Below are positions 1-9,908 of a stretch of DNA of 64,000 nucleotides, piece after piece; the first letter of the stretch is position 1; the number at the start of each line of letters is the position of its first letter. The stretch lies in assembly GCA_965205505.1 (NCBI GenBank), contig CBDBHB010000009.1, forward strand, positions 1,344,001 through 1,408,000. The letters run 5' to 3'. The notes under the pieces were generated by a model, which had not been told where the DNA came from, did not search any database, and saw nothing but the letters and a program-made list of their open reading frames with translations. Source of the DNA: Acidobacteriota bacterium. Lineage in GTDB: Bacteria; Acidobacteriota; UBA890; WLXD01. The translations under genes and the position numbers were made by a program.

Positions 1-615
1 GCCCGGGCCGTCTGTCCCGATCCCGACGCGCAGGTGACGCGCGTCCGCGGCGACCTTGCCGAGCAAGGCTTGGCGGCCGCCGAGACGGCCCATCTGGTTA
101 CCGGCTCGGCGCTGCTAGACCTCGTGTCCGAGCAGTGGCTACGGCGCCTGGTAGACGTTTGTCGGAGTGCGGCAGCGGCGGCCTACTTCCCGTTGAGCTA
201 CGACGGCGAGTTCCGCTTCGTGGCAGCGGGCCGGGCCTCCGGCGACGAGCTCGACCCCGACGAGGACTTGGTGCGTGCTGCTGTGAACTCCCATCAGCTT
301 GGCGACAAGGGCCTCGGCCCGGCACTCGGACCCGGCGCCGGCCACACCGCGGCGGAGCTCTTTGGGCGGGCCGGGTATCGCACCTGGTTGCTGCCGAGCT
401 GCTGGCGACTGGGGGTTGGTGACGACGATCTCGCTCGCCGCCTGGTGGATGGATGGCGCCAGGCCGCCAGCGAGGAACGGCCGGCATGTGCCAGCCGCAT
501 CGACGGCTGGGCGGTGCGATGTCGGGTGGCGATAGAGCGCGGCGCATTCGAGGTCACCGTGGGCCATACGGACTTGCTGGCACTCCCTGCTGTCGACACC
601 GTCGGGCGGGAATGA
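1..615 (+). CDS. class I SAM-dependent methyltransferase, 5' partial
   Basis: Frame open from base 1. LVTGSALLDLVS, LSYDG, HQLGDKGLGPALGP and VGHTDLLALP motifs match the methyltransferase found in RibD/YbhN clusters. Stop overlaps next start (ATGA 612-615). Confidence 0.75.
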   Translation, partial: ARAVCPDPDAQVTRVRGDLAEQGLAAAETAHLVTGSALLDLVSEQWLRRLVDVCRSAAAAAYFPLSYDGEFRFVAAGRASGDELDPDEDLVRAAVNSHQLGDKGLGPALGPGAGHTAAELFGRAGYRTWLLPSCWRLGVGDDDLARRLVDGWRQAASEERPACASRIDGWAVRCRVAIERGAFEVTVGHTDLLALPAVDTVGRE

Positions 616-1640
616 TCTCGACCGCGCTCGCCCGTGGCAGGCTGCCGCTGGTGCGATTCGGTGTCAGCGTCGGGCTGCTGGTCGTCCTCGCCACGTACCT
701 CGACCTCGAACGGGTCGTCGGGCGCCTGCGCAGCATGGACACGCGATGGGTGGTGCTGGCCCTGGCGATCTCGTTGTTGCAGGTAGCTCTCTCGGCGTGG
801 CGGTGGCGATTCACCGCCGGCCGGCTCGGGCTGCAGTTGCCGTTTGTTGCCGCCCTGCGTGAGTACGCTATCGGCACCTTCTTGAACCAAGTGTTGCCGG
901 GCGGAGTGGCGGGCGATCTCTCTCGTGCGTGGCGACATGGTCGGGCGCTGGCGCCCGGTCTCGACGGTCAGGCGCTCCGCGCCGTCATGCTGGAGCGAGC
1001 CTCGGGGCAGATCGTGATGCTGGCAATCGCCGGGTTCTCGGTCGTGTGGCTGCCCCGACCGCTCGGCGCCGGTGCGCGTGCCGTGTTGCTGGGCGTGGCG
1101 CTGCTGTCTGCCGCCGTCGCGGCTGGGCTGCTCGTCTGGGCTCGTTGGCAACGCCAGGCTGACGATTCCCTGCTCAGACGCACTTGGGCCGACGCCCGAG
1201 CCGGGTTGTTATCGCCGGGTGCGTTACCGGCGCAGTTGCTCAGCTCCACTCTCGTCGTCATGTCGTACATCGCGGTGTATCTCGTTGCTGCGAGGACGGT
1301 GGGCGTCGACACCCCGGCGCCCACCCTATTGCCGCTCGTCGCTCCGGTGCTGGCGACCATGCTGATTCCCGCCACGATTGCCGGTTGGGGTGTGCGCGAG
1401 ACGGGTGCCGCGCTCCTTTGGGCAGCAGCGGGTCTGCCGGTGGCCGACGGCGTCGCGATCTCGGTGGCCTACGGCCTACTGGTGCTCGTTTCGAGCCTGC
1501 CTGGAGCGGTGATTCTGATCGGCGCTCCTGAAACGCGAATCAGCTCAGGTCGAGGTCGAAGACCACATCGTCGCCGAGACCGAAACGTCGCGCCTGAGGA
1601 CGCAACGCCTGATCGAGCGTCTCGATCGGATCCAGCATAA
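612..1640 (+). CDS. lysylphosphatidylglycerol synthase TM-domain (YbhN/UPF0104 flippase-like) protein
   Basis: Multi-TM protein with SAWRW, FLNQVLPGGVAGD and IPATIAGWGVRE motifs. ATGA coupling with upstream gene. Confidence 0.85.
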   Translation: MISTALARGRLPLVRFGVSVGLLVVLATYLDLERVVGRLRSMDTRWVVLALAISLLQVALSAWRWRFTAGRLGLQLPFVAALREYAIGTFLNQVLPGGVAGDLSRAWRHGRALAPGLDGQALRAVMLERASGQIVMLAIAGFSVVWLPRPLGAGARAVLLGVALLSAAVAAGLLVWARWQRQADDSLLRRTWADARAGLLSPGALPAQLLSSTLVVMSYIAVYLVAARTVGVDTPAPTLLPLVAPVLATMLIPATIAGWGVRETGAALLWAAAGLPVADGVAISVAYGLLVLVSSLPGAVILIGAPETRISSGRGRRPHRRRDRNVAPEDATPDRASRSDPA

Positions 1641-2385
1641 AGCCACGGCACCCCGAGCCCAACAGCACCGGCGCCACGGTCACGTGCAAGCGATCCAAGA
1701 CACCGGCCTGCAGAAACCGCGAAACGGTGATCCCTCCACCCTCGACGAGCACGCGATTGAGGCCGCGCTCTCGCAGCGACGACAGCACGGAACGCGGGTC
1801 GAAGCCTTGCGGGCCGACCACCGGTAGCTTGATGACCGCGCTCGACGACGAGCGCGGCTCGCGGCCGTTGGTGGCCTGACGCAACACGATGGTGGGAGCA
1901 GCGCCATCGGTGAATACTCTGCTAGCCGGGTCCAGGCGGTCATTCGGATCGAGGACGACGCGGACCGGGTCCTCACCCTCGGCCTCCCGGACGGTGAGCT
2001 GCGGGTCGTCTGAAGCCACCGTGCTCGCTCCGACGATGACCGCATCGACCAGGGCTCGGAGGCGGTGGAGCCGGCAAATGTCGGCCGGGCCGGTAATGAA
2101 CTGAGAATGTCCGGCGACCGTGGCGATGCGGCCGTCGAGGCTCTGCCCCATCTGCGCGATCACCAGGCGGTGGCGGATTTGAAGCGGCAGGTACAGCTCG
2201 AAAATGTCTCGAGCCTCGTCGACCGGTGTAGTGGACGTCTGCCACGCACCGGCGGCGTCGACCTGGAGCCAGACGTCGGCCCTCGTGCCTGGCGAAACGC
2301 GCAATGGCGTTTCGGGGTGTACCGGCCCCGGTGAGATCGCCCGAACCAGATCCCAGGCCGTGCGTTCGTCAATCAAGCTGTTCAC
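1540..2385 (-). CDS. RibD family protein (RibD C-terminal reductase domain only)
   Basis: AQMGQSLDGRIAT, HRLRALVDAVIVGAST, DDPQLTVR, VLVEGGG. GTG start at 2385 overlaps the FkbM stop (GTGA). Confidence 0.85.
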   Translation of the reverse strand: MNSLIDERTAWDLVRAISPGPVHPETPLRVSPGTRADVWLQVDAAGAWQTSTTPVDEARDIFELYLPLQIRHRLVIAQMGQSLDGRIATVAGHSQFITGPADICRLHRLRALVDAVIVGASTVASDDPQLTVREAEGEDPVRVVLDPNDRLDPASRVFTDGAAPTIVLRQATNGREPRSSSSAVIKLPVVGPQGFDPRSVLSSLRERGLNRVLVEGGGITVSRFLQAGVLDRLHVTVAPVLLGSGCRGFMLDPIETLDQALRPQARRFGLGDDVVFDLDLS

Positions 2386-3161
2386 GGGTCTCGTTGCGCA
2401 GTCTGTGGAGCCGGGCCGGTGGAAGGATGTACCAACACCGCGTACAGATCGCCGGAAGAGATTCCGCCGGCGCCGACAGTCAGCCACTCCACCACACCGT
2501 CGCCTGTCCGCCAAGCGTCGAAGAGGTATTGTCGTTCCTCGCCGGCGATGGCGTTGAACTCGTAGCGGCCTAGCCTGTCGAGCTGTCGGACGCAGTCAAC
2601 GGCAACATCGAGGGCGCCGGAGACGAACTCGAACGACAGGCTTGCCACCGGTCGACTGAGACCGGCGAGCACGTCCGCCTCGTGGCCCTCGACATCGATC
2701 TTGCAGAAGCGAGGCTCTCCGTAGGTTCGGATCAACACGTCCAGAGTGGTGACGGTGACGGTTGCCGTTTCATCCCAGCGTACCTTGCTGAAGCTTCTGT
2801 TGGTCTCGGGCAGGCGAGCCCTCCAGCTACTGGCCAGCGTCGAGACGGCGGGTGTGCGTCGGCTGATTGCCAGCTCACCGGACCCCGCCTTTCGACCGAC
2901 CGCCTCTGTCCGCACGGTGATTCGATCGCTTGACCTGACCAACCACCGCAGCCACCGGGCGGTGCGCGGCTGCGGCTCGATCGCGATGACTCGGGCGCCG
3001 AGGGCTGCGAGAGCCACCGATCGATCGCCCAGGTGCGCACCGACGTCGAAGACGAGGTCGCCCGGCCCGACGAAGGGGCGATAAAGGCGCCTGAGGCCGC
3101 GCTGACGCCCCGGACGCCAATACAGGATCAGCGAGCGGAGCAGACCCCACCAGGCCGTCAT
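2382..3161 (-). CDS. FkbM family methyltransferase
   Basis: VFDVGAHLG, IEPQP, TTLD and KIDVEGHE motifs. Confidence 0.9.
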   Translation of the reverse strand: MTAWWGLLRSLILYWRPGRQRGLRRLYRPFVGPGDLVFDVGAHLGDRSVALAALGARVIAIEPQPRTARWLRWLVRSSDRITVRTEAVGRKAGSGELAISRRTPAVSTLASSWRARLPETNRSFSKVRWDETATVTVTTLDVLIRTYGEPRFCKIDVEGHEADVLAGLSRPVASLSFEFVSGALDVAVDCVRQLDRLGRYEFNAIAGEERQYLFDAWRTGDGVVEWLTVGAGGISSGDLYAVLVHPSTGPAPQTAQRDP

Positions 3162-4783
3162 GGGGTGCTCAAGGCGCGGACGAACCAGTCGCGAAAAGCG
3201 TCCATGCGAGGCGGTGACTGGCTCGGATCAGGGATACCACCCTCGACGAAACCCCACTCCAGGAACGGCGCCAGGAGCGCCGGGCTGGCGGTGATCACGT
3301 GCACCGGGGAGGCGCGGCTGGCGTCATCCCCGGTGATTATCGGGGCGGGCTGGTGGTCGCCGAGCACCAGGAGCAGCGTGTTGTCGTCGACGTAGCGCTC
3401 GGCGTACGCCGTCGCCGCCTGAATGGCGTAGCCGATCGACAACGCATAGTTCTCCCGCACCCGATCATGATCTCGCCACAGGTCGCCCGGGCGCTCCCCG
3501 GCACCCTCCCAACGCATGAATACCGCCCCATCTCCGATCGTGTCCCAGTCGTCCAGGACGTTCAGGATCGGCGTCCACGGCGCGTGACTGCTGATCAGCC
3601 CAACCTCGGCGAACAGCGGTCGGGGATCATCATCGCGGCGCACTTGCTGCTCCAAGTACGACCAGGTGAACTGATCGGGCATCGTTACCCAGTTGAGGGC
3701 AGGCCCCGTGTAGTTGATGTCTTTGTACGCGTGGATGTCGTCGTAGCCAAGACGCTCACCTTCGGGCCACGCCAGTGTTATGGCCGGCATCAACGCTACA
3801 GTGCGGTACCCAGCGTGACGAAAGTCGTCGATCAGCGTCTCGCGCCGGCTCGCCAACAGCAGGTCGTATCGCAGTTGGTTCTCGAGCCACAGGCCACTCA
3901 GAATCGATCCGCGCCCGAGCCACGATTGGCCTCCTTGGATAGGCGCAACGAGTGCTCCGGTGGCCAGATACAGATTCGCCGCGGCCATGCGGCGGGCCAG
4001 CCCGTGGAGTCGGGGCACCACGATATCCGCGTAACGTGGGTCGGTGATTGCCGACATGCCGTAGGACTCGACGAAGCCGAGCACCACGTCGCGCCCCTCG
4101 AGACGCTCCAGCAGGCCTGGCAGGCTGGCGTAGCTGTTCTGCGAGGCTGCCATCTCGGCCTCGAAGCGGTCCCGCTCGTTCACCATTCGGGAGAAATGTC
4201 GGATCTGTTGCGTCGCCACCCGCACCGCCGGGCGCCCCATCATCTCTGTTACCCAGGGTGCCTGCTCGCCGAGGAACGCGAGCGCCGAGAACAGGATCAA
4301 AACGACGCCCGCGGCCCGCACGATCCACGAGCCTTGCGGCGTCTCCATCGGTAGCAACAAGCGCGCCACGAGCCAGGTGAGTAGGCCGGCGGCGAGCAGG
4401 GCGACGGGCACCGCGAAGGTCGCGACGACGGGGCCGAGGGTGCCGCGCAGGAGGTTCATGACGGCGCTCAGCAGGCTCAGATCGAGGTAGAGGTTGAGCG
4501 GACGTGCGAGACTTTGCCGCGCCACGGTATCGGCGAACACAACGATGCTCAGGACAACCAGAACGAGGGCAGTGAGGGTGGCGAGCGATCGGCTCCAGCG
4601 GCAACGTGGCAGCAGCGCCAGCAGCCCCACCGCCAAGCCCGACTCGGCCGCTATCCACATCCCGCCGATGGTGCCGGCCGCCAGCCATTGGGGCGCCAGC
4701 AACATGGCGTTGATGAGCATCCATGCGGACACGAGTCGCAGGAGAATGGCCCGGATGCTCGACGTCGAGGCGATCGTGGACAT
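3158..4783 (-). CDS. membrane-anchored sulfatase/alkaline-phosphatase superfamily (LTA synthase-like) protein
   Basis: N-terminal TM helices, then FVESYG, GGQSWL, ISSHAPWTP and LGDHQP metal-site motifs. Start codon uncertain. Confidence 0.75.
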   Translation of the reverse strand: MSTIASTSSIRAILLRLVSAWMLINAMLLAPQWLAAGTIGGMWIAAESGLAVGLLALLPRCRWSRSLATLTALVLVVLSIVVFADTVARQSLARPLNLYLDLSLLSAVMNLLRGTLGPVVATFAVPVALLAAGLLTWLVARLLLPMETPQGSWIVRAAGVVLILFSALAFLGEQAPWVTEMMGRPAVRVATQQIRHFSRMVNERDRFEAEMAASQNSYASLPGLLERLEGRDVVLGFVESYGMSAITDPRYADIVVPRLHGLARRMAAANLYLATGALVAPIQGGQSWLGRGSILSGLWLENQLRYDLLLASRRETLIDDFRHAGYRTVALMPAITLAWPEGERLGYDDIHAYKDINYTGPALNWVTMPDQFTWSYLEQQVRRDDDPRPLFAEVGLISSHAPWTPILNVLDDWDTIGDGAVFMRWEGAGERPGDLWRDHDRVRENYALSIGYAIQAATAYAERYVDDNTLLLVLGDHQPAPIITGDDASRASPVHVITASPALLAPFLEWGFVEGGIPDPSQSPPRMDAFRDWFVRALSTP

Positions 4784-6446
4784 GCAGCTCGGTGGCGGGC
4801 TTGCGCGGCCGTTGGCGGTGCTCTTGGCGATGTTGGCGTTCTCGGCTTGTGGGTCGGACCCCACACTATCGACGGGCGGCCGCCACACCAAGCCGGGCGA
4901 GGACGAACCCGCGGTGGCAACGGCGCATCAGCGGCGCGCTGCCGAGTCACCTGTGCCACTCCCGCGCCCGGTCACCGCTGCCGCGCTGCAGGAGTATGTC
5001 GACGAGCGGGCGCGCCGGTTGGCGCAGCTCCCGTACACGGCAAGCGGGCGCGGTATGCCCGACGCTCTAGCGCAATTGGACGACGCGCAGTATCGCTCGA
5101 TCGAGTTTCGGCCGGAGGTGGCCCTGTGGCGCGGCGAGACGCTCTTCGAGGTGCAATTCTTCCATCCGGGCTTCCGGTATGAGCCCGTGCGCATTCACGC
5201 TGTCAACGACGGGCGCATCAATGAGCTGTTTCTCGACCGGGAGAGTTTTCGCTACCCAGAGATGCTCGCCGGTGTCGCCGAGATGCTCACGCCGGAGCTC
5301 GGCTACGCCGGGTTCCGCGTTCACTATCCCCTCGAGAGCCCTGATCGTAGCCAGGAGGCAGCCGTGTTCCTGGGTGCCTCGTACTTTCGCCTGGTCGGAG
5401 GCGGACAGGTTCATGGGCTGTCGGGTCGGGGCCTGGCTGTTGATGTGGTGCCGCCGGGGCACGAGGAGTTCCCGGTGTTTCGTGAGTTTTGGCTCCTCCG
5501 TCCGGCTCCGGCCGACACCGCGCTGGTCTTCTTCGCCTTGGTCGACAGTCCGTCGGTCACCGGCGCGTACCGCTTCGATCTGCAGCCGGGTGCGAGCACC
5601 GTTCTCCGGGTCGACGCCCGATTGCACGCCCGCCGGGACATTGCCAAGCTCGGCGTCGCCCCGCTGACCAGCATGTTCCTTTACGGCCCGAATCGAGCTC
5701 GGGAATTCGACGACTACCGTCCGCAAGTGCACGATTCGGATGGCTTGTTGATGCGGACCAGGGCCGACGAGTGGATCCTGCGGCCGCTCAGCAACCGTCG
5801 TGAGGTGCGCGTTACCTCGCTGCGCGACCGTGATCCACGTGGCTTCGGCCTGGTTCAGCGCGCCCGGCGGTTCGACGGCTACCTCGACCTCGAGACCAAC
5901 TATCAGCGCCGTCCCAGCCTATGGGTCGACACCGAGGATGCCGCCTGGGGCAGTGGTGGCGTGGAGCTCGTCGAGATTCCGACGAACTCGGAAACCAACG
6001 ACAACATCGTTGCCTACTGGGCGCCTGACCAACCGTTTCTCGCCGGGGAGAGCCGGCGATACCGTTATCGGCTCACGACCTTCGATAGACGGTTGGATGC
6101 GCAGAGCTTGATGCAAGTTGAGCGCGCTCGATTCGGATGGGATGCTTTGCCTGGCGAGAGCGACCCGCCGCCGCGCAGCCATCGGCGGTTCGTGATCGAT
6201 TTCGGTGGGCCGGCTATGCCAGCGCTCGAAGACGCGGGGCTCGTCGCAGCCGTATTGGAGACCTCGAGCGGGCAGACGTCGAGCCCGAGCGTGCAACTGC
6301 TTCCTGACGGCGCCGGATGGCGCGCGAGCTTCGATTTGATACCTGATGGCGAGCGTCCGGCCGACATGCGGCTCTTCCTCACAGCCGACGGCGCCAAGCT
6401 GACTGAAACCTGGACCTATGTCTGGTACCCCGACTCTTTGCAGTAG
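4782..6446 (+). CDS. opgG: glucan biosynthesis protein G (OpgG/MdoG family), probable lipoprotein
   Basis: YRSIEFRP, FLGASYFR, HGLSGRGLA, EEFPVFREFW, RPQVHDSDGL, ETNDNIVAYW, TETWTY. LAFSAC lipobox. Start uncertain. Confidence 0.9.
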   Translation: MQLGGGLARPLAVLLAMLAFSACGSDPTLSTGGRHTKPGEDEPAVATAHQRRAAESPVPLPRPVTAAALQEYVDERARRLAQLPYTASGRGMPDALAQLDDAQYRSIEFRPEVALWRGETLFEVQFFHPGFRYEPVRIHAVNDGRINELFLDRESFRYPEMLAGVAEMLTPELGYAGFRVHYPLESPDRSQEAAVFLGASYFRLVGGGQVHGLSGRGLAVDVVPPGHEEFPVFREFWLLRPAPADTALVFFALVDSPSVTGAYRFDLQPGASTVLRVDARLHARRDIAKLGVAPLTSMFLYGPNRAREFDDYRPQVHDSDGLLMRTRADEWILRPLSNRREVRVTSLRDRDPRGFGLVQRARRFDGYLDLETNYQRRPSLWVDTEDAAWGSGGVELVEIPTNSETNDNIVAYWAPDQPFLAGESRRYRYRLTTFDRRLDAQSLMQVERARFGWDALPGESDPPPRSHRRFVIDFGGPAMPALEDAGLVAAVLETSSGQTSSPSVQLLPDGAGWRASFDLIPDGERPADMRLFLTADGAKLTETWTYVWYPDSLQ

Positions 6447-8286
6447 CTTGTCGTCGGCGAGACCGCGCGGCGGACGTATCCTCAGCGCCGGGCGCATCGG
6501 GGCGCGCCGCTGCCTGTTCTTCGGGCTGGTTGGAATCACCACGCTGGCCGCTACCGCCATGATGCTCGGCATCTTCCGCATGGCCGGCCTGACACCTCTG
6601 GAGCTCGCGATCCTGCCGCTGTTCGCGCTGACGTTCGCGTGGATATCCGTGGCGTTCTGGAACGCGGTCATCGGTTTCGCGTTGCAGCTGACCGGGCGCG
6701 ATCCACTGTCGCCTGTGGCGTCGACGTCGAGCGACACTGCGGACAACACGATCACCACGCGAACGGCGGTGGTGATGCCGATCCACAACGAGGAGCCGGC
6801 GCGCGTCATGGGTGGTCTGACGGCGACAATTCGCTCGCTGGTGGCAACCGGCGAGGCGGGGCGTTTCGACATCCACGTCTTGAGCGATACGACGGACGCG
6901 GTGATCGCTCGTGACGAGCAGGTTGCCTGGGAGGAAGTGCGTGCCCAATGGGCAGGTGCCGTGTCGCTGCACTATCGGCGTCGGCAGGCGAACGTGGGTC
7001 GCAAGGCAGGCAATATCGCCGACTTTTGCAAGCGTTCGGGTGCACTCTACGACTTCATGGTAGTGCTCGACGCCGACAGCGTGATGAGCGGGTCGGCGCT
7101 GGTGGAGCTGGTGCTGGTGATGCAGTCCAACCCGACAGCCGGGCTCATCCAGACCGTGCCTGTGCCGAGTTCCCAAACGACGCTATTCGGTCGCCTGTTG
7201 CAGTTCGCGGCATGTCTCTACAGCCCCATGCTCGCGACAGGCCAAAGCTTCTGGCAGGGCGACGCCGCTAATTACTGGGGGCACAACGCCATCGTCAGGG
7301 TGCGCGCCTTCATCGACCATTGCGACCTGCCCGTGCTCCGCGGCAAGCCCCCTTGGGGGGGTGAGATCCTGAGCCACGACTTCGTCGAGGCGGCACTCCT
7401 GCGACGCGCGGGATGGCATGTATACGTGTTGCCGCTCGTTGGTGGAAGCTACGAGGAGCTCCCGGGCACCATCCTCGACTACGCCAAACGCGACCGCCGC
7501 TGGGCTCAGGGGAGCCTCCAGCACCTGCGGTTGCTGCTGGCGCGCGGCCTGCACCCGATAAGCAGGTTGCACTTCGTGCTGGGCGCGCTGGGCTACGTGT
7601 CGTCGGTTCTGTGGCTGTTGTTGTTATGGGCGAGCACCGCCTACGTCTTGCTCGACAGCGCCGACGTGAACCTCGTTGCTGTCGTGTCGTACGCCGCGCT
7701 TGCCAGGCTACCGTTGCCTGACGCGCCCCTGCTCCCGTCGCTTCTCGTCGTCACCACGCTGATCCTCTTCGTCCCCAAGCTCCTGGGCCTGACGCTCGGC
7801 ATCGCGCATCACCGGAGGTCCTTCGGTGGCGCCCGACGGCTCATCCTCAGCGCATTCTTCGAGATGGTCTTCGCGGTTGTTGCCGCGCCGCTGATGATGA
7901 TCTATCACGCGCGCTCGGTGCTCAGCGTACTGACGGGGCACACCATCCAGTGGAGCGCTCAGCAGCGGCACGGAAGAGACCTCTCGTGGGCGATCGCGAC
8001 CAGGAAGACCTGCTGGATTACCGTGATTGGCCTCGTCTGGGCCGGCGTCACGCTGTACTACAGCGCGGCGTTCGTTCTCTGGCTGACGCCCATCTTCGCG
8101 GGGATGCTCTTGGCGGCGCCTTTGGTGCGCTGCACCAGCAGCCGCGCCCTTGGCGATTGGACACGACGGCACGGGCTCCTGCTGGTGCCGTCGGAGACAG
8201 CCGGTCATCGGCACGCGACGTCGACCCGGCGAGCCTCGGAATCGGTGCCCCTTGTGGCCCCGAGCGCCGTCAAAATAGACTTCTGA
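6418..8286 (+). CDS. opgH: glucan biosynthesis glucosyltransferase H (GT2)
   Basis: MPIHNE, GRKAGNIADF, VLDADS, NYWGHNAI, LSHDFVEAAL, RDRRWAQG. Directly downstream of opgG. Confidence 0.93.
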   Translation: MSGTPTLCSSLSSARPRGGRILSAGRIGARRCLFFGLVGITTLAATAMMLGIFRMAGLTPLELAILPLFALTFAWISVAFWNAVIGFALQLTGRDPLSPVASTSSDTADNTITTRTAVVMPIHNEEPARVMGGLTATIRSLVATGEAGRFDIHVLSDTTDAVIARDEQVAWEEVRAQWAGAVSLHYRRRQANVGRKAGNIADFCKRSGALYDFMVVLDADSVMSGSALVELVLVMQSNPTAGLIQTVPVPSSQTTLFGRLLQFAACLYSPMLATGQSFWQGDAANYWGHNAIVRVRAFIDHCDLPVLRGKPPWGGEILSHDFVEAALLRRAGWHVYVLPLVGGSYEELPGTILDYAKRDRRWAQGSLQHLRLLLARGLHPISRLHFVLGALGYVSSVLWLLLLWASTAYVLLDSADVNLVAVVSYAALARLPLPDAPLLPSLLVVTTLILFVPKLLGLTLGIAHHRRSFGGARRLILSAFFEMVFAVVAAPLMMIYHARSVLSVLTGHTIQWSAQQRHGRDLSWAIATRKTCWITVIGLVWAGVTLYYSAAFVLWLTPIFAGMLLAAPLVRCTSSRALGDWTRRHGLLLVPSETAGHRHATSTRRASESVPLVAPSAVKIDF

Positions 8287-8321
8287 CCACCACGCGAGCC
8301 AGGCTTTCCGGGGAGATCGAT

Positions 8322-9875
8322 ATGGGCAACAGCGACCGCGACGACGCAGTAGCCGCTACCACAGTCAGCCGACGCGCCTTTGCCAAGACCTCGGTGGCCG
8401 CCGGTGCGGCTGCGGTAGCGCTGCCGAAGGCGTTGCGCGGCGACACCCTTACCGGGGTTGCTTCGACGGCCGCCGGCAAGGCGTCAGCGGCGAATCACGC
8501 CGCGCTGCCGGCGCCGCGCATCGCGCCGCCGAAGCGTGTGATCAGCTACGGGGGCGTCGGTGGGCACCCGAGCAAGGTTTCGGCCGCGGCCACGCGCCGC
8601 AGCTACCCGGATGGCTGGCAACCGGGCACGACCATCGCGGGCGAATACTATTTCGACGAGCAACACTACCTGAAGGATGAGGCGTTTCTCAGAGAGAGTC
8701 AGTGGATGTTCGCCGACCACGTCTCGCGGATTCCGACCGCCGGCGACTTCTTCGTCTTCGAATACGGCGGCAACGACAGCGTCATCATCGTGCGCGGCAA
8801 CGACGGCGACGTGAGGGCGTTCCACAACGTGTGCCGGCATCGCGGATCGCGGCTCTGCCGACACGAGGGCGACGCGGTGCCCGGGGACCCTCGCCTTTCG
8901 GTGAAGCAGCTCGGTAGCAGCGGTAGTAGCCCGGTCTTCCGTTGCCCCTACCACGCCTGGACCTACGACACCGAGGGCAGCCTCATCTATGCCTATGGCA
9001 TGCAGGAGGATTTCGACCCGGCCGACAACGGGCTCATTCCGTGCCACTTGCGTAGCTTCGAGGGCAACATCTTCGTCAATTTGTCTCAGGCGGACGAGCC
9101 ACCGGACTTCGACGAACAGATTGGTGGCCTGCGCCCGACGCTCAAGTACTACGGCACCGCCGATCTCAAGGTCGCCGTGCGGCAGAAGTACGCGATCTCC
9201 GGCAACTGGAAGCTGGCGCTGGAGAACTTTCAGGAGTGTTATCACTGCGGGCCGTCGCACAAGTCGCTGGTGACGACACACAACTACGACATGGAAGGCA
9301 CGCCCAACCAGCAGGCCCAGCGCGCCGCCAGCGTGCGTGCCTGGGTCAAGCCCGAGGGGCAAAGGAGTCTCGGAGGCGGTTTCGGCGGTGGCATGGGGAT
9401 GGGGAGTGGAGGTGGATCCGAGACCTACATGGTGTTCGGAAGGCTCAACTCCGGCTACATGACCGGATCGATCGACGGCAAGCCGCTGGCGCCGCTGCTG
9501 CCCAATATCGACGACTGGACGTACGGGACAAGGATCGCGGCGACGCGCTTCTTCTCCTACTACGCGCAGTGCTACGACGATCACGTTGCCATCGCGCGGT
9601 TCACGCCACGCGGGCCTGCCCTTACCGACTGTGAGCTGATATGGCTCGTGCACCCCGACGCGGTGGAGGGGCGCGACTACGATGGTGACGAGCTGATGGC
9701 GCTGTGGCACATCACCATCCAGGAAGACATCTGGGTGGTGGAGAACAACCAGCAGGGCGTGCGGTCGGGCAGCTACAGGTCCGGACGCTACTCAACCGGT
9801 GAGACCGGTCCGAGCGCTTTCGCCGAGTGGTACATGGACGAGATCGTCAGGGCAGGGCCTGCGCGCGCTAGCTAA
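8322..9875 (+). CDS. Rieske ring-hydroxylating oxygenase alpha subunit (GbcA/choline monooxygenase-like) with Tat signal
   Basis: Rieske CRHRG...CPYHAW, mononuclear Fe ENFQECYHC..SH...QED. N-terminal SRRAFAK. GGAGA RBS. Confidence 0.85.
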   Translation: MGNSDRDDAVAATTVSRRAFAKTSVAAGAAAVALPKALRGDTLTGVASTAAGKASAANHAALPAPRIAPPKRVISYGGVGGHPSKVSAAATRRSYPDGWQPGTTIAGEYYFDEQHYLKDEAFLRESQWMFADHVSRIPTAGDFFVFEYGGNDSVIIVRGNDGDVRAFHNVCRHRGSRLCRHEGDAVPGDPRLSVKQLGSSGSSPVFRCPYHAWTYDTEGSLIYAYGMQEDFDPADNGLIPCHLRSFEGNIFVNLSQADEPPDFDEQIGGLRPTLKYYGTADLKVAVRQKYAISGNWKLALENFQECYHCGPSHKSLVTTHNYDMEGTPNQQAQRAASVRAWVKPEGQRSLGGGFGGGMGMGSGGGSETYMVFGRLNSGYMTGSIDGKPLAPLLPNIDDWTYGTRIAATRFFSYYAQCYDDHVAIARFTPRGPALTDCELIWLVHPDAVEGRDYDGDELMALWHITIQEDIWVVENNQQGVRSGSYRSGRYSTGETGPSAFAEWYMDEIVRAGPARAS

Positions 9876-9908
9876 GCTCACCTTGCACAAGCCGACCCTC
9901 CTGCCAGG

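Noticed and set aside
1540-1640. 101-bp convergent overlap of the YbhN and RibD genes as a regulatory feature
   Set aside because: The YbhN tail is low-complexity run-on, common in GC-rich genomes.
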